From Amoebidium appalachense (taxonomy: Eukaryota; Protista; Ichthyosporea), in contig CAVNZM010000018.1 of NCBI GenBank assembly GCA_963693365.1, forward strand, positions 1,633,399 through 1,697,398: DNA of 64,000 nucleotides, in the 5' to 3' direction. The position numbers were made by a program, and so were the translations under genes. How positions within the stretch are numbered: position 1 is the first letter of the stretch; each line of letters begins with the position of its first letter. Below, piece after piece: positions 34,660 through 59,569 of this stretch. Under the pieces are notes generated by a model. It ran no database searches. It saw nothing but the letters and a program-made list of their open reading frames with translations, and was not told the DNA's origin.

Positions 34660-34814
<155 letters not shown>

Positions 34815-35107
34815 ATTTTCAATACATTTTAATTGCATGTGTACATACCTCAATCTACAAATGGGCAAGCTATTCGCAAGAGAACTACTAATGTGTGTGT
34901 GTCACGGTGTGTGTGTGTGTGTATATATATATATCATATCAATCACAAGGCATTTTTTTATATTAAAGATATCCAAAACATCAGACGCCTACAGAAAGAA
35001 TCTAAATCTTGGGGGGGGGGGGGGGGGGAAGGACATTTACATTTTCAACAGCAACGGAACACAAAGACCCCCCCCCCCCCCCCCCCCGTCCCACAAAACC
35101 GCACAAA

Positions 35108-36964
35108 CTATGCAGGTTCATTCAGAATTTGTACAATTTGGCACCCAAACTGATCTAGGGCGAATAGGGTCGGACTCAACCTCCCTGCTAACGTATATCC
35201 TAGACACGCCGTAATAATTGAGGGGGGGTTTATCATAATGTAACATTGGGCAATGAGCAAAATACCCACAAAAGAGGCTACAATACGGAAATTGCTGTAA
35301 TAATCCGAAAAACGACGCGACGCGTGAACGGTCGTTATCGTGTAGTATGTCATCCAGCTCCCGTACCCAATGATAATCACGTAAATTCCCCCCGTGTAGA
35401 AAACAATTCTCCACCCTGGTTCCATAGGGAAGTCGTATTTGTACACCCACCGCCACACAATATACGTGGAGGAAGCGGCCGCTGCGAGGATGAGGTGGAT
35501 GGGGAAGGGTTTGAAATAGTCCAAAACCTCGGATTTTGTCGTGAATGTGCGGTTGAAGACATGGTAGATGATGCGCTGGCGCTGCGTGATGGATCCCGCG
35601 AAACAACATCCACCAATGCACTGAAAAACGATGGTCAGGGTGAGCGTATTTGAAATTAGGTTCTGGTCATCCCGTAATTTCAATAGCGCCTCAATTCCGT
35701 TCGTGTTCGAAACGCTCAATGGGTTAAGTTGGAGGAAATGCCCCGCAGTAAGGAAAATCGTCGTCGTCTGAAGGAAAATACTCCAAAAGTAGAACGAAAA
35801 CAGAAACGGCCTCCCGCGGGACTTAACCACCACATGGTGTCGGTAAACGTAACAGAAGATCGCCGTCGCTAACACAATCGCCATGTCGAGCAAGCTCAGC
35901 GCAAGCTGCACAAGAAACATTGTTCTTCCCTGGCTTCGCGCGTACGTGTAGGAATCCACAAAACTAGTCATTGCGTTTGCCAATTTCACCGCCGATACAA
36001 ATGTCGCTTGGAACCCGACTGCCCCATTCCCGTAATCGATCGCGGCCACGCTCGCTTCGTTCGCCGCCTGTTCCAAAACTTTCCCCTCTTCCAAAAGCGT
36101 CACGACGGGAGCGACGGTGGTAACACGGAAACACAGCGCCAATCCAACCGCTTCCAAACACAACAACATAGTCAAGAAAACGAGGAAGACGAAAAAGGTC
36201 AACCGTAAGTAGTCCTTTCCCAGAGGGTACGAATTCGACGTTCGCATGTCGAATTTACGTGTAATCGTTTGGAACATGCCTCCGAATTCCGACCGTTGCA
36301 TGCTCTGTTGGTAGAGCAGCAACTGGCCTACAGCTGCGTTAGGGAGGGTCTGAGCCGAGCTAGCACTAAGCTTGCTCTTTCCTTGAATCGAAGTATTAAC
36401 GCTCTTCTTATCGACGGAGATGGTGGTTCTTCCCGTAACAGGGAGAGGTCCATCGTTCGAAACATGAGAAACATGAGAAATGACCTGCGGCCCATGCATC
36501 GCCTCCACCACCACTTCGACACTCCTCACCACCACATTGTCCTCCTCGTCTTCCTCCGACTCTCGAAAAGTGCTTCCTCCCGGCGCGGACGATGACGTTC
36601 CAACGGGTATAATCATGTCCGCGGAATTAGAAATGTAACCCTTGGATTTTCTGGATTTTCCTCTTGATTTCTCGGATGTGAGTGGGATTGTGGTCACCGT
36701 GATACCCTGCTGTGATGAATGTGTAGCATGCATATGGGATAGCCCACACGTGCACGAACTTCCTGGGTCATCGTTGCTGGTGGGTCTGGTGCAAACATGA
36801 TAATCACTGTTATAATCATTCTCTAATTTGATTTGGCTCGTTGTGAACTGGTTTTCTCCTAATCTATCAAGCTCGGTGTTGTTCAGGGATGGTATCTCGG
36901 ATTGTGAGCGCGTAGGATTCTTGTGCTCCGTAGAAACCGAGCTGTGTTGTGTGTGCGATTGCAT
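35108..36964 (-). CDS. Intronless multi-pass membrane protein with class C (7tm_3)-like GPCR features
   Basis: 618-aa non-repetitive ORF: Ser-rich N-terminus, one isolated TM, then ~7 hydrophobic segments with YRHHVVVKSRGRPFL (ICL1-like), GSITQRQRIIYHVF (TM3/ICL2-like) and RRFSDY (ICL3-like). Confidence 0.7.
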   Translation of the reverse strand: MQSHTQHSSVSTEHKNPTRSQSEIPSLNNTELDRLGENQFTTSQIKLENDYNSDYHVCTRPTSNDDPGSSCTCGLSHMHATHSSQQGITVTTIPLTSEKSRGKSRKSKGYISNSADMIIPVGTSSSAPGGSTFRESEEDEEDNVVVRSVEVVVEAMHGPQVISHVSHVSNDGPLPVTGRTTISVDKKSVNTSIQGKSKLSASSAQTLPNAAVGQLLLYQQSMQRSEFGGMFQTITRKFDMRTSNSYPLGKDYLRLTFFVFLVFLTMLLCLEAVGLALCFRVTTVAPVVTLLEEGKVLEQAANEASVAAIDYGNGAVGFQATFVSAVKLANAMTSFVDSYTYARSQGRTMFLVQLALSLLDMAIVLATAIFCYVYRHHVVVKSRGRPFLFSFYFWSIFLQTTTIFLTAGHFLQLNPLSVSNTNGIEALLKLRDDQNLISNTLTLTIVFQCIGGCCFAGSITQRQRIIYHVFNRTFTTKSEVLDYFKPFPIHLILAAAASSTYIVWRWVYKYDFPMEPGWRIVFYTGGIYVIIIGYGSWMTYYTITTVHASRRFSDYYSNFRIVASFVGILLIAQCYIMINPPSIITACLGYTLAGRLSPTLFALDQFGCQIVQILNEPA

Positions 36965-39599
36965 TTTGAAAAATTGTGTGCTAAGAACAAATGGTTATGA
37001 GTTCTTCAGTGGGAGCTTCCTACGTGGGTGCGTGTACTGCATTATTGAAAAAAACACAGGTCACGGCGTGTTTGACTAGAATACATTGAACAGATATTCA
37101 TACGTTCACTATAGAGAAAAGGAAGAAGCGCCTATTTCTCGCTACTGAATTTTTAGTCCCCGATGAGTGAAAATGCCCAAAACAAGAGCGGGGTACCTAA
37201 GCTAAGTTGTGGCTATGTATGTGAGAAGAAAAAAGGGGGCGCAATTCTTGAACTATTGGCCCAATAATGCACTCTAGATGTCACTAGATCGCCTGTCCAG
37301 GAGAGCCTGAGCTACTAACTACTCAGACAGAAGGATGGCAAGATAACGAGGTGTTGACACAACATCAGCTTGAAAAGTACTACAGCGACACTTGAAAAAA
37401 AGAAGAAAAAAAACGCTCTCCAACACAAACGTACGTGAATAAAACAAGCCTTTGAATGCGCACAGGCCACCAAGCATATCTGCACAGTACTGGAAGAAGT
37501 TCGTTCAAGAACACAAAAAAAGAAACAAATGCCAACATACTACGTTTTTTTTTTGCAAGGATCATCGTGTTTACATAAGTTCGAAGTGGGTTCCCAACAG
37601 CCGATGGGTAGGCCCGAACTCGACTATTGCAGACGGTTCCCCCTACACTAGCTTGAAAATTTGGGACCAAAACAATTGCAAATCCATTTTCGAGAGGGGA
37701 ATCGGGATTGTGGAGCTTTCAAGTTTCACAGCCTTCACAGTTCATATAAAAATTTTAGGAAAATAAATATGCTTAATACAAAATAAATAAATATTAAATA
37801 CTCAATTTGAAACATTTGGCTGTTATATGTCAGGCATATTCTTGATTAGGTGGTGCTCCAGAACTGAAAATCATGCTAACGAAAAAGCATTGAGCACACG
37901 AGCCCCATCCGAATTTTCTAAAACAATTTAATTGTTCCGCTAGCCAATCATTTGCATGCCCTGAGTCATCTGTACACACATCGCTCCTATTGGTGCGTAT
38001 GCACCAGCGTCTGATTGGTTTATGTATTAACCAATCACCAGCTGAAACCCATGTGACTGGTCAGTGTGTACAATGTGTACTTATGCTTTAGGGGTTCAAA
38101 GTTCAAAGGAAATTTATAAGGTGTTAGTGTGTTATATAATACACCTAATTCAACAAAATGTATTATCATTTGATCGCTAAAGCCTGGCGATTGTACCAAA
38201 ATCCAGGTCTTGGCCAGAACACAGAGCTTTTTCATCACTTTTGGAATCGATGGCACTGCCGGCAGCCTGCGCAGTATTCTATGTACTCAGTATTCAGATC
38301 GTTTGGGGTACAGGGCTGTAAAGATCCCGAAGGCAACCCGTGCGTGTAATAGATGTCGAACGAATGGCAGACACACATCGCCAATTTTTGATGCCAAGTC
38401 CAACTTATATCGACTTTCATTGTGACCAAAGTAGGGAAAAACGAAAATAGATGCACCACAGGCCATTTGTTACCATAATTCATATATCTATGACCACATC
38501 AGCCGGAGAAAACTCAAATCATGATATCTGATATTTTATTACCCTCCACGAGCTCCGGGCCAAGCGGAAACGCTATTTGTACACCCTGGAGCGGGGTATT
38601 GAATGTGAAGCTTCAAGTTCTCGTACCGTCTTGGAACCATCCCTTTGTAATCGCTTTTATTTGAATATGCGCATATAGAATAAGAAGCCGGCTGTATACC
38701 CCGCAGGAAAAACCCCTGATTTTTCTCCATTGTAACTTACTGTTTTGTTCTTTTTTCGTGGCGTCAATATTTTTACTTGTCAATATGATGGTCACGAGTT
38801 GAAACGTCGAATGTTGAGGCGTGCACAATGGAATATTGAATCGCATACTGGGTGTCAGTACCGTTGAAGTTGCAAATATATGTGGCCGGGCCGGCAGAGT
38901 GGAAAATAATTCAGGCGGTTTGTTGCCACAGAATTGTCCCTGAAACACCGAAAGCTTATTATATCCACCGATCTTATAACCAAAGGCTCATGTAGTGCAG
39001 CAAAACTTATAAAAATTACCCATAAAAATGCATGGTGGCATTATAAGGGGAGCATTGTTGAAAAACTGCTAAAATGGCACAAATTAGCCAAGAACGAATT
39101 TCACACCCTGGGCTGAGGTCGCGAGGGTCGGATCACATACGTACACGGGAGGGCAGATAAATTGCCTCTTTTTCTATTTACAACCTCTATTAAAGCCTGA
39201 ATATATCAAAATTCATTAATGGCGAAAACATTATTTCAGTAGGCTCCGGAACTCAAACACGAAGATGACGATTTCTTCCAAGGAATTTGGCTCCCAGCTT
39301 CCGATCGATTGAATTGGGTCCCCCAAGACCGGGACGGCCCCTTGCGCGCAACGCATCATGATCACGGCACAAACCTTCAAGTCACTCTCTTGCATTCCTT
39401 TTTCTTTTTTTTTGCCCCTTGTTTTTTGTTTTCAGACCGTCAACCAGCATGGCTACTTCATTTTTCAGCGACTCCCCTACAATAGTAGTGTGTGTGCCCG
39501 GTTAACTCCCTTTTTTTCCGACGCTGTGGCAGCGGCAGACGACCCCCCGAGTGGGTTGTGGGCGCCTTACGATAAAACAAAACCTTGGTATCCATTCCT

Positions 39600-39675
39600 T
39601 ACGGCTCCGCTCGCCCTACGGAAAGGGAGCCCTACGCGAAAGGGAGCCCTACGTATACCGGTCGAGCGGCCGTGT
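39600..39675. other. GC-rich multi-hairpin with tandem gccctacg..aaaggga units, abutting (GT)n
   Basis: Outer acggctccgctcg / cgagcggccgt; inner ccctacggaaaggg and ccctacgcgaaaggg. Confidence 0.45.
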
Positions 39676-39782
<107 letters not shown>

Positions 39783-39929
39783 CATGCGTGCGTGCGTGCG
39801 TGCGTGCGTGCGTGTGTGTGTGTGTGTGTGTGTGCGTGAGTGTGCGTGTGTGTGCGTGTGTGTGCGTGTGTGGTGTGTGTGTGCGTGTGCCGTCGTGCGT
39901 GCATGTTGTGTGTGTGCGTGCGTGCATGC

Positions 39930-40001
<72 letters not shown>

Positions 40002-41196
40002 TTGTGTGTGCCTGCGCGCGTGCCTGCTTGTAACGGTGGGTACGTGCGCGTGTGTGGGTGCAGGTATGTGTACATGTGTTGTTTGTTTGGTCGTAGCCAA
40101 GAAACAGCCTGGGTAGAAAATCAAATGTATTGATATTGAGCTTCAGAACGAAATCTTTTTGCAGATCTAAAAGAAATGAACTCCCTAGACTATGGCTTCG
40201 AAGCTAGAGTACTATTAATCCGGACGGAATAAGCTAGCAACACATCTACTTGAATGAAGATCATACCTAAGTACTGACGCAAATCTACCGGAAATGGCAG
40301 ACAGAAGGCGGGCCTGTATGGGTATATGTAGCGTTACACATCTCTTCTTATAGATGTGGTTTGCACTTCCTCTATTCTTGAATTTGTCAGGTTCACTTTT
40401 TTGACTCTGCACTTACCTTACCGCTGGGCTTAGAACTATAGCTGGACCAATGTTTGCACTAGTGGGATACAAATGTTTTCTTGCTCACAGTGCAGCACCA
40501 GACACAACCTCAGGGTGACGTTCGTTTGTATACGCGGTGTGACTCAGTTAATCCAATAATAAGAATATGCCACACACACATGCATCTCAAGTTGAAGCAT
40601 GGGGGGAGGGAGAGTGCTCCAGGGACAGGGGCCTCCTGTCCTGCAGCTGTGGGGGGGGGGGGGAGGGGGGGGGGGGGGGGGGAGGGGGGGGGGGGGGGGG
40701 GGGACACTTGCATGGTATTGTGACATTTTTTCCAGCCTAAATGCGTATACAAACGTGGAATCCGCGTGGGGGAATAGGGTCTTTTGCAGCGGAGGTGGTA
40801 AGATCTGGAAGGGGTCGAGGATGAAACAAACGCACAGCTGTTCCAGAAAGGGAAGTACCATGGATGGGCGGGCGAACGGGCAGTGCATGTATCCGGACGT
40901 CGACTGAAGGGCAGGGAGGTTTAAAGGGATGGAGCGGGGGCGGGCGGGGGGGGAGAAGGGAAGAGACGCGGGGTAGCTCCGGGGGGAGGTCAGGGGGAGG
41001 GGAGTCAAAGCGGTGATCAAAGAAGGAGTGGGCCTGCCAGCGCGCGAAATAACAGATCTAAACCTGCCCGGGTGTACGTAACGTGCGTGGTGGCGGGGGC
41101 CGAGGGGGCCGGGGGGGGGGGGGGGGGGGGGGATGCATGTTGTACATGTGACAAGGAAAGTTTGACTGGGAACGTATATCTACTACACGTACCCAC

Positions 41197-41690
41197 GGAA
41201 AATATGCATCCACTTTAACCGAATCCAGGTTATGTTGTCAAGGACCGAAGTGAAGACAGAATGACACATTCTTTTTTACAACGGATCCTGCCGTGAGATT
41301 ATTCTGCTGCTAGCACGACTCTGTGTTCTTACAATTCTCTTAGACATGTCGTTTCATAATCATGTGTTCGGAGGTTGCATGCACCAACTCAACCCTTCTA
41401 ACCCATTCCTCAGCCCCCCAGCCCCTCCCTCCCCCTCCCCCCCTCCCCCCCCCCCCCCCCCCCCGAAAATATGCATCCACTCTAACCGAATCCAGATTAT
41501 GTTGTCAAGGACCGAAGTGAAGACAGAATGACACGTTCTTTTTTCCAGCGGATCCTGCCGTGAGATTAGTCTGCTGCTAGCACGACTCTGTGTTCTTACA
41601 ATTCTCTTAGACATGTCGTTTCATTATCATGTGTTCGGAGGTTGCATGCACCAACTCAACCCTTCTAACCCATTCCTCAGCCCCCCAGCC
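41197..41690 (+). repeat. Head-to-tail pair of ~220-bp units each ending on a C-rich run (D-type; 3' end resembles the B-type element)
   Basis: 41197-41415 is nearly identical to 41465-41690. The end caacccttctaacccattcctcagcccccc resembles the B-type end caaccctctaacacatacatcacccccc. Confidence 0.85.
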
Positions 41691-41831
41691 CTCCCTCCCC
41701 CCTCCTCCCCCCCCCCCCCCCCCCCCCCCGCCCCCTTTCCCCCCTTCAGGCCCACCCCTCCCACCCCTTTCTATCCCTCCTTCAGTCAAAAAAAAAAAAA
41801 AGGGAGAGTGAATGACAGCACAGGGGGAAGA

Positions 41832-42521
41832 TCAGACATGGGAAGCCAAAAAAGCCGTAATGGTCTCCACTGACGCCTTGTCAGATGGAACAATGTGTGA
41901 CCCTTGGAAGTTGTGCGTGCTCGCGTGCACGAAATTTCCCGCCAATTTCTCGCTGCGGGTTGTAGGTACCACTGTGTCCTGGTCCCCCCACACGTGCAAG
42001 GAGTGAACATGCGCCCATGGTCTCTCAAGCTGCACCCAATGATGCATGATTGTAGCACGTGGTAGGCCCCCACCAATGAAAACAGCCGTTTTCATACTTT
42101 CCAAATTAGGAAGGCGACCCGGTTCACTTCCTGCAAGTGCACACAGTACGTACGCGACCATTGCTCCTTGGCTGTAGCCCAGAACGCCGTGGATGGGTCC
42201 ATGGGTTTCCAGAACGTTTTTCAGATAGTCCAATGTTTCCGGATATCCGTTATATACTGTGCCGTTTTCTTTTGCCCTCCACCAAACCCTCTCATGATTC
42301 TCCTCGCTGCAAAACGTGTTTGTTTTTGGAGAGGGGGAGGGGGGAGGGTCGAGAATTGAACGGGTCGAGTCGGTGCTATAATCGGTTTTGTCAATGTGTG
42401 GGCCGTCAACGTAGAGAAGTTCTATGCCATTCTCGCGGAGGGTTCGGCGGAGGGCGGTGGTCTTTTCTCGAAGGATCTTCCCGTTTTGTTTGAACCCGTG
42501 AAAGCACAGAACACGTTTCAT
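41832..42521 (-). CDS. OVCA2: FSH1/OVCA2-family serine hydrolase
   Basis: MKRVLCFHGFKQNG, RVWW, GVLGYSQGA (GxSxG), SLHVWGDQDTVV, GSHIVP: complete Ser-Asp-His triad; 229 aa. Confidence 0.92.
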   Translation of the reverse strand: MKRVLCFHGFKQNGKILREKTTALRRTLRENGIELLYVDGPHIDKTDYSTDSTRSILDPPPSPSPKTNTFCSEENHERVWWRAKENGTVYNGYPETLDYLKNVLETHGPIHGVLGYSQGAMVAYVLCALAGSEPGRLPNLESMKTAVFIGGGLPRATIMHHWVQLERPWAHVHSLHVWGDQDTVVPTTRSEKLAGNFVHASTHNFQGSHIVPSDKASVETITAFLASHV

Positions 42522-43081
42522 TTTTGGGAATGTGTGTAAGGGATGAGGGGGCTGCTTTGTGTATGTGGGCCACAGTTCTTTTCGCTGATGGTTATGCTAC
42601 CAAGGAAGTTACTGCTTATGTGTGTGAAACTGCGTTTATTATTGGTTGTTTATATATCAACATGTATCATGATATTACTGTTAATTTTTCGTTTAGTGTT
42701 GTCTCAACCGTGCACTGGCTCGTTCGTGTGTCATAGCGTTGGGTCGACGGTTTTCCAAATGGCAAAGGTTCAGATGATCTAGAATGGTCTTGTTCGTACA
42801 GGTAGGGCTCACTTTGTTGGTAGTTCACACGTGTGCATACTAAAGAAGCAAAAACCAAAAGTTTTTGTAAGTTACTAGGCTATGTACCTCGCTTGTCAAG
42901 CATGCACCGTGAAACGTGTGCTCGAGGCTCCCAGCTGCAAGCGCGACATACCTTGTAATGGCGCCATTTTTGTCACGCTATCCAATCAGATGCCTTCGCG
43001 CTCCCTGCCGTGACGTCACTGAGTCGGAAGCCGGGAAGGGAAGATCATGCATGGGCATCTGCATGCGCGCAGTGTTTGTGG

Positions 43082-43139
<58 letters not shown>

Positions 43140-43806
43140 GCGTGTGCATACGTGTGTGTGAGTCTCTCTCTCTCTCTCTGTGTGTGTACGTGTGTGACAC
43201 CGTGACGTGTACACATGTGCGCGCGCTTGTCTATGTACGTGCCAATATAGCTTGTACGTGCGCGTGTACGTGTGGGTGAGTGTGGGCTAACAGATATTGA
43301 ATATAGGGGTGCAACGAGGGACCCAAGAAAATGGGCGGGTGTGTGAATGGGCGATTAAAATTTCCAGTCTTTCAGTATCGGGTTTAGGCTTTCTGTTGTT
43401 TTCATTTGCGGTGCTACCAAGAACACACCAGTGTGTCCCAACACCATAAATTTCGCTAGGCTAAGCCTAGGAAATTCCCTGGATCCTGCCAGAAAGTTGC
43501 ATAGTGGGGAAAGGAAAACACAAGAAAACTAACATTAATAATAAAGCGGATTTGGATACAGAGTATGAGCATAAAATAAGAGAGCATCACTGAAACTACC
43601 ATCCATACGTGTGTACAAGACTTAGTTTGTGTGTGCGTGTTGTGGCATGTATTTCATGTTGGTGTTGCTAGAATGTGTCCGTTTGCGGAACATCGAGAAC
43701 GGATCATGTAATTACCCTATTTCAAATTCCACAGAGCACACACCCTCCCGCGAACCGCAAAGCGCTAACACGGAGGAAGAGGGTAGTGAGCGAGTGTGTG
43801 CATGTG

Positions 43807-43841
<35 letters not shown>

Positions 43842-43880
43842 TGTTCACATGTGTGCATGTCGTCATAGTACTAGAATTCT

Positions 43881-55938
<12,058 letters not shown>

Positions 55939-56097
55939 GGTGCCTGGGTGTATACGTGTACGTGTGTGTGCGTGTGTGTGGGTGTGGGTATGTGTGTGGT
56001 GGTGGTGGTGGGGGGGGGGGGGGGGGGGGAGAAGGGGGGTGGGTGGGTGAAGGGGGCGGAGGGGGGGGGGGGGGGAGGGGTGTGTGTGTGTGTGTGC

Positions 56098-56171
<74 letters not shown>

Positions 56172-56525
56172 CTGGGTGGGCGTGGCTGGGTGGGCCGAGC
56201 GGGTTAACTGTGTGTGTGTGGGCTGGGGGAGAAGGGGGTACGTGACTCGTTTTGTGCGTGCGTGTGTGGTGGTGGTGGTGGGGGCGGGGGAGGGGGGGGG
56301 GAACCCCTTGGGGGGCGGGAGTGGAGGGAGGGCATGGGTATTTTGTGTGTGTGAGGTTTGTGAGCGTGTGCGGGTGTGTGTGGGGGGGGGGGGGGGGTGT
56401 GGGTGTGTGGATGTGTGTTGTGTGCTTGTTGGGTGGGTGCGTGAGTTGGGTGAGTGAATGATACAAAGAGAGGAAAAGAAAGCAAGAGTGAGAGAGGGAA
56501 GAGAGAGAGAGAAAGAGAGAGATGA

Positions 56526-56567
<42 letters not shown>

Positions 56568-56719
56568 GTGTGTATGTGGGGGGGGGGGGGGGGGGGGGGC
56601 CTGGATGGGTGTGCGTGTGGGGTAGAGAGAGAGAGTGTGTGTGTCTGTGTGTGTGTTTGTGTGTGTGTTTTGGCGGGCTGGATGAGTGTGCGTGTGGGGT
56701 GTCGATCGTGTGCGTGTAT

Positions 56720-56783
<64 letters not shown>

Positions 56784-57482
56784 TGCTTGTGTGTGTGGAC
56801 ACATCCATGTCTATAACGGAGTTAAAGCATGTGTGCGTAGGGCATGTGTAGACATGGTGTGTGATGTGGGTACACGTGTGTGTGTGCATGCGTGTGTATG
56901 ATTGTGTGGGTGTGTGCGCGCATGTGTGTGTGTGTGCACGTGTGTGTGTGTTGGTTGGTGGGTGGTTGGTGTGTTCTATTGTATAAAATCAAGGATGAAA
57001 GATTGTGATGGTGTGGGTGTGTGCGAAGATGAGCACATAAGGAGTATACAACAATAATACAACCCATCATTTAAGGGACCGTAGGGAGAGGGGGGAGAGG
57101 GGGAAGAGAGAAAGCGGGAAGGAGAGACGGGGAATGAAAATAAGCAGACTAAATGGAAAGCAAAGTCCAAAAACCGTTTTGAAAGTACACCAAGGGATGG
57201 AGAGCCACAGACATAAAATATTAAATTTCCGTATGGAGTCATCAGTGTAATTTCTTTGCGCGCAGGTAGAACAAGTTTGACTGCTAACGCGCCTATCCCT
57301 GCCGTGCTTGTTTGTTGTCGTGTAAACATGGTGTGTGTGTTGGCAGTGTATGTATTATCGTGTCCCTCTGCACATGCATGCAGCACATGCTTCATGTGTG
57401 CTCTGTATGTAAGTGTGGGTGTGTGTGTGTGTGCGCGCGCGCGCACCATGGTGTGTACACTCGTCATTATGCGTGTCCCTGC

Positions 57483-57519
<37 letters not shown>

Positions 57520-58475
57520 GTTCTCAAAGTAGGTGCTTGTATTTGCCACGGGACATAGCGTGCGTGTACAGATGAATTGATGCTGGTGGGCTTATAGAGA
57601 GCACTGTACAAATCCGTGTTCACTCCTTCGCATCTTCTTTCCATTCTGCATCCTTCCAAGACCCCTCCTCCCAGATCCGTAGGGTCTCTCTCACTCCGAC
57701 TCACCCCCCTTATGCTTTCAACCCTTCTCCGCTATTTTCCAATCTCGCCCTATTCACCTGTGCTCTTCAATCGACACAGCCAAAACATCACTAATTCACA
57801 CTAGATCAAAATTTTTCCATCCCTCTAAATCAGTACGATAACATAGAGAAAAACAACGCCCTCCCTACCCAGGAAAGATCCCGCCCACCCACCTTATTGA
57901 GAAATCCCTCGCTCTTTTCAATAAACCGTGTCTCTGATCGTAACGTCCAACAACCCCGCTAGCAGGGAAAAAAAAAGAGAGAAGAAAAATGTAAGGGGAG
58001 TAAACAAATCCTCTCTCTCTCTCGCCTAACAACAAGCCTGTGTGTGTTTTGGTTCAAAGTTTTTGTGTCAAGAACCGGAAATTTTGGCGCGAAACACACA
58101 CGTGATGTGTGACGTAATCACTGACCGCAAACATGCATCGCGCAAATTGCGCATCTGAACGGTTGAAATCTTATCTATTAGAAAAAGCACTTGTACAGAT
58201 ATCGATTGATGTGATACCAAGACTCTAATGCGATTGCATATTGAGTCGTTTCCTGAATGACTTTATGTAACCCCTTAAAAACTTTGTCTGGCGGCTCGAG
58301 GTGCTGGCCGGGAGAAAAACACGCGGCGCGGCTGCTCAGCCACCGAATATTCTTGGGGTTTTTTTTTGCTCCCTATACAGTGGCCTTTTTTTGCCCCCTT
58401 ATTTTGACGGGGCAAAAATACTCCTTTTCTCGTTACTGACTTATTATATAAAGCGAATAAGTAGCACAATCAACC

Positions 58476-59141
58476 ATGATTTTGACACAGATTCCACATT
58501 TGGTGTCAGCGCCACTGCACCACGCCATGAAGTCACCCCTTCAGCTTGTGTTCATACGTTCCATGTCCATCCTCCCACCCAACCTTCCCCCACCCGCACC
58601 GGCACCAGACAAGCTCGATGGAGTAGTGCATGTTGACCTGCTTAAGAAGCTATCACCAGAAAGAATACGGGACATCTGGCTGGAACATCACATGAAGAAA
58701 GATGATGCATTCTCTGACATCATGACCGATGAGCAGTACGCACGGGTGTTGCACAGAGGGTATGAGTGCCCCATGTTTGTCATGCCTGTAGCGAAAAAGG
58801 GCGGGTCTGCCTACTACACCCTCGTGGCGCAATTCCAGGCAAAGCACATTCTTTTCACCTTCCTGGACGAGTTTAGACGAAACCCGCGCTCGCAGCCCTG
58901 GTTTACCGTGACGATGTTTGATGAGTTTGCCAAGGATGAAAAGAAGAAGATGGTGCTTGTGAGGGGCCTGGTTACGCAAACGAACAGGATAAACAAGGGG
59001 GAGGCCGACACAACGTGGCGCGTGCTGCGCAAGATTTATGCAAACGACGCCGACTACAACTCTCTCGTGGTTCCTTTCAACAAGCGGCCAAACGAGTTTC
59101 AATTTGAGCGCCTGTTGCATAGAGTGGGTATCAGGAACTAA
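58476..59141 (+). CDS. ATP11: ATP11/ATPAF1 mitochondrial F1-ATPase assembly chaperone
   Basis: KLDGVVHVDLL...IRDIWLEHH...CPMFVMPV...LFTFLDEF...AKDEKKKMVLVRG...FNKRPNEFQFERL; intronless; exact start uncertain. Confidence 0.9.
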   Translation: MILTQIPHLVSAPLHHAMKSPLQLVFIRSMSILPPNLPPPAPAPDKLDGVVHVDLLKKLSPERIRDIWLEHHMKKDDAFSDIMTDEQYARVLHRGYECPMFVMPVAKKGGSAYYTLVAQFQAKHILFTFLDEFRRNPRSQPWFTVTMFDEFAKDEKKKMVLVRGLVTQTNRINKGEADTTWRVLRKIYANDADYNSLVVPFNKRPNEFQFERLLHRVGIRN

Positions 59142-59228
59142 TCTCCACATGTTATTTTTTTTTTTCTGAGACATGAATATTTCTGTATTTGTAGATACTG
59201 ATATGAGTTAGCGTCCTGGTGTTCCCTC

Positions 59229-59275
<47 letters not shown>

Positions 59276-59525
59276 CTCCCTCCCTCACCTCGTGCTCATA
59301 TGCCATATTCGTTCAGCCACTGCTCCTTACTTTTGCTTGAAACCTAATGCTGATGGAACTTAACCACATTGCATGTGCATATTTTCTTTGCATCAGAGGT
59401 ATTGCGTTTTCTGTGAAGCAATTATGGATTGGTTGTGTGCTTGTACAGGTCACCAGGTAGATGGTAGCGCTTACATGTCCGTACACAAAGAGAACACGTA
59501 CCTGTGTTCGTGTATACGCGCAACA

Positions 59526-59569
<44 letters not shown>

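Noticed and set aside
38035-39116. Short ORFs possibly from a decayed transposase or CUB-like fragment
   Set aside because: No convincing multi-motif match; frames are short and interrupted.
40710-40905. Minus-strand exon-like segment (VLPFLEQLCVCFILDPFQ) faintly like the DUF6729-type start
   Set aside because: Single weak motif; no phase-consistent neighbouring exons found.
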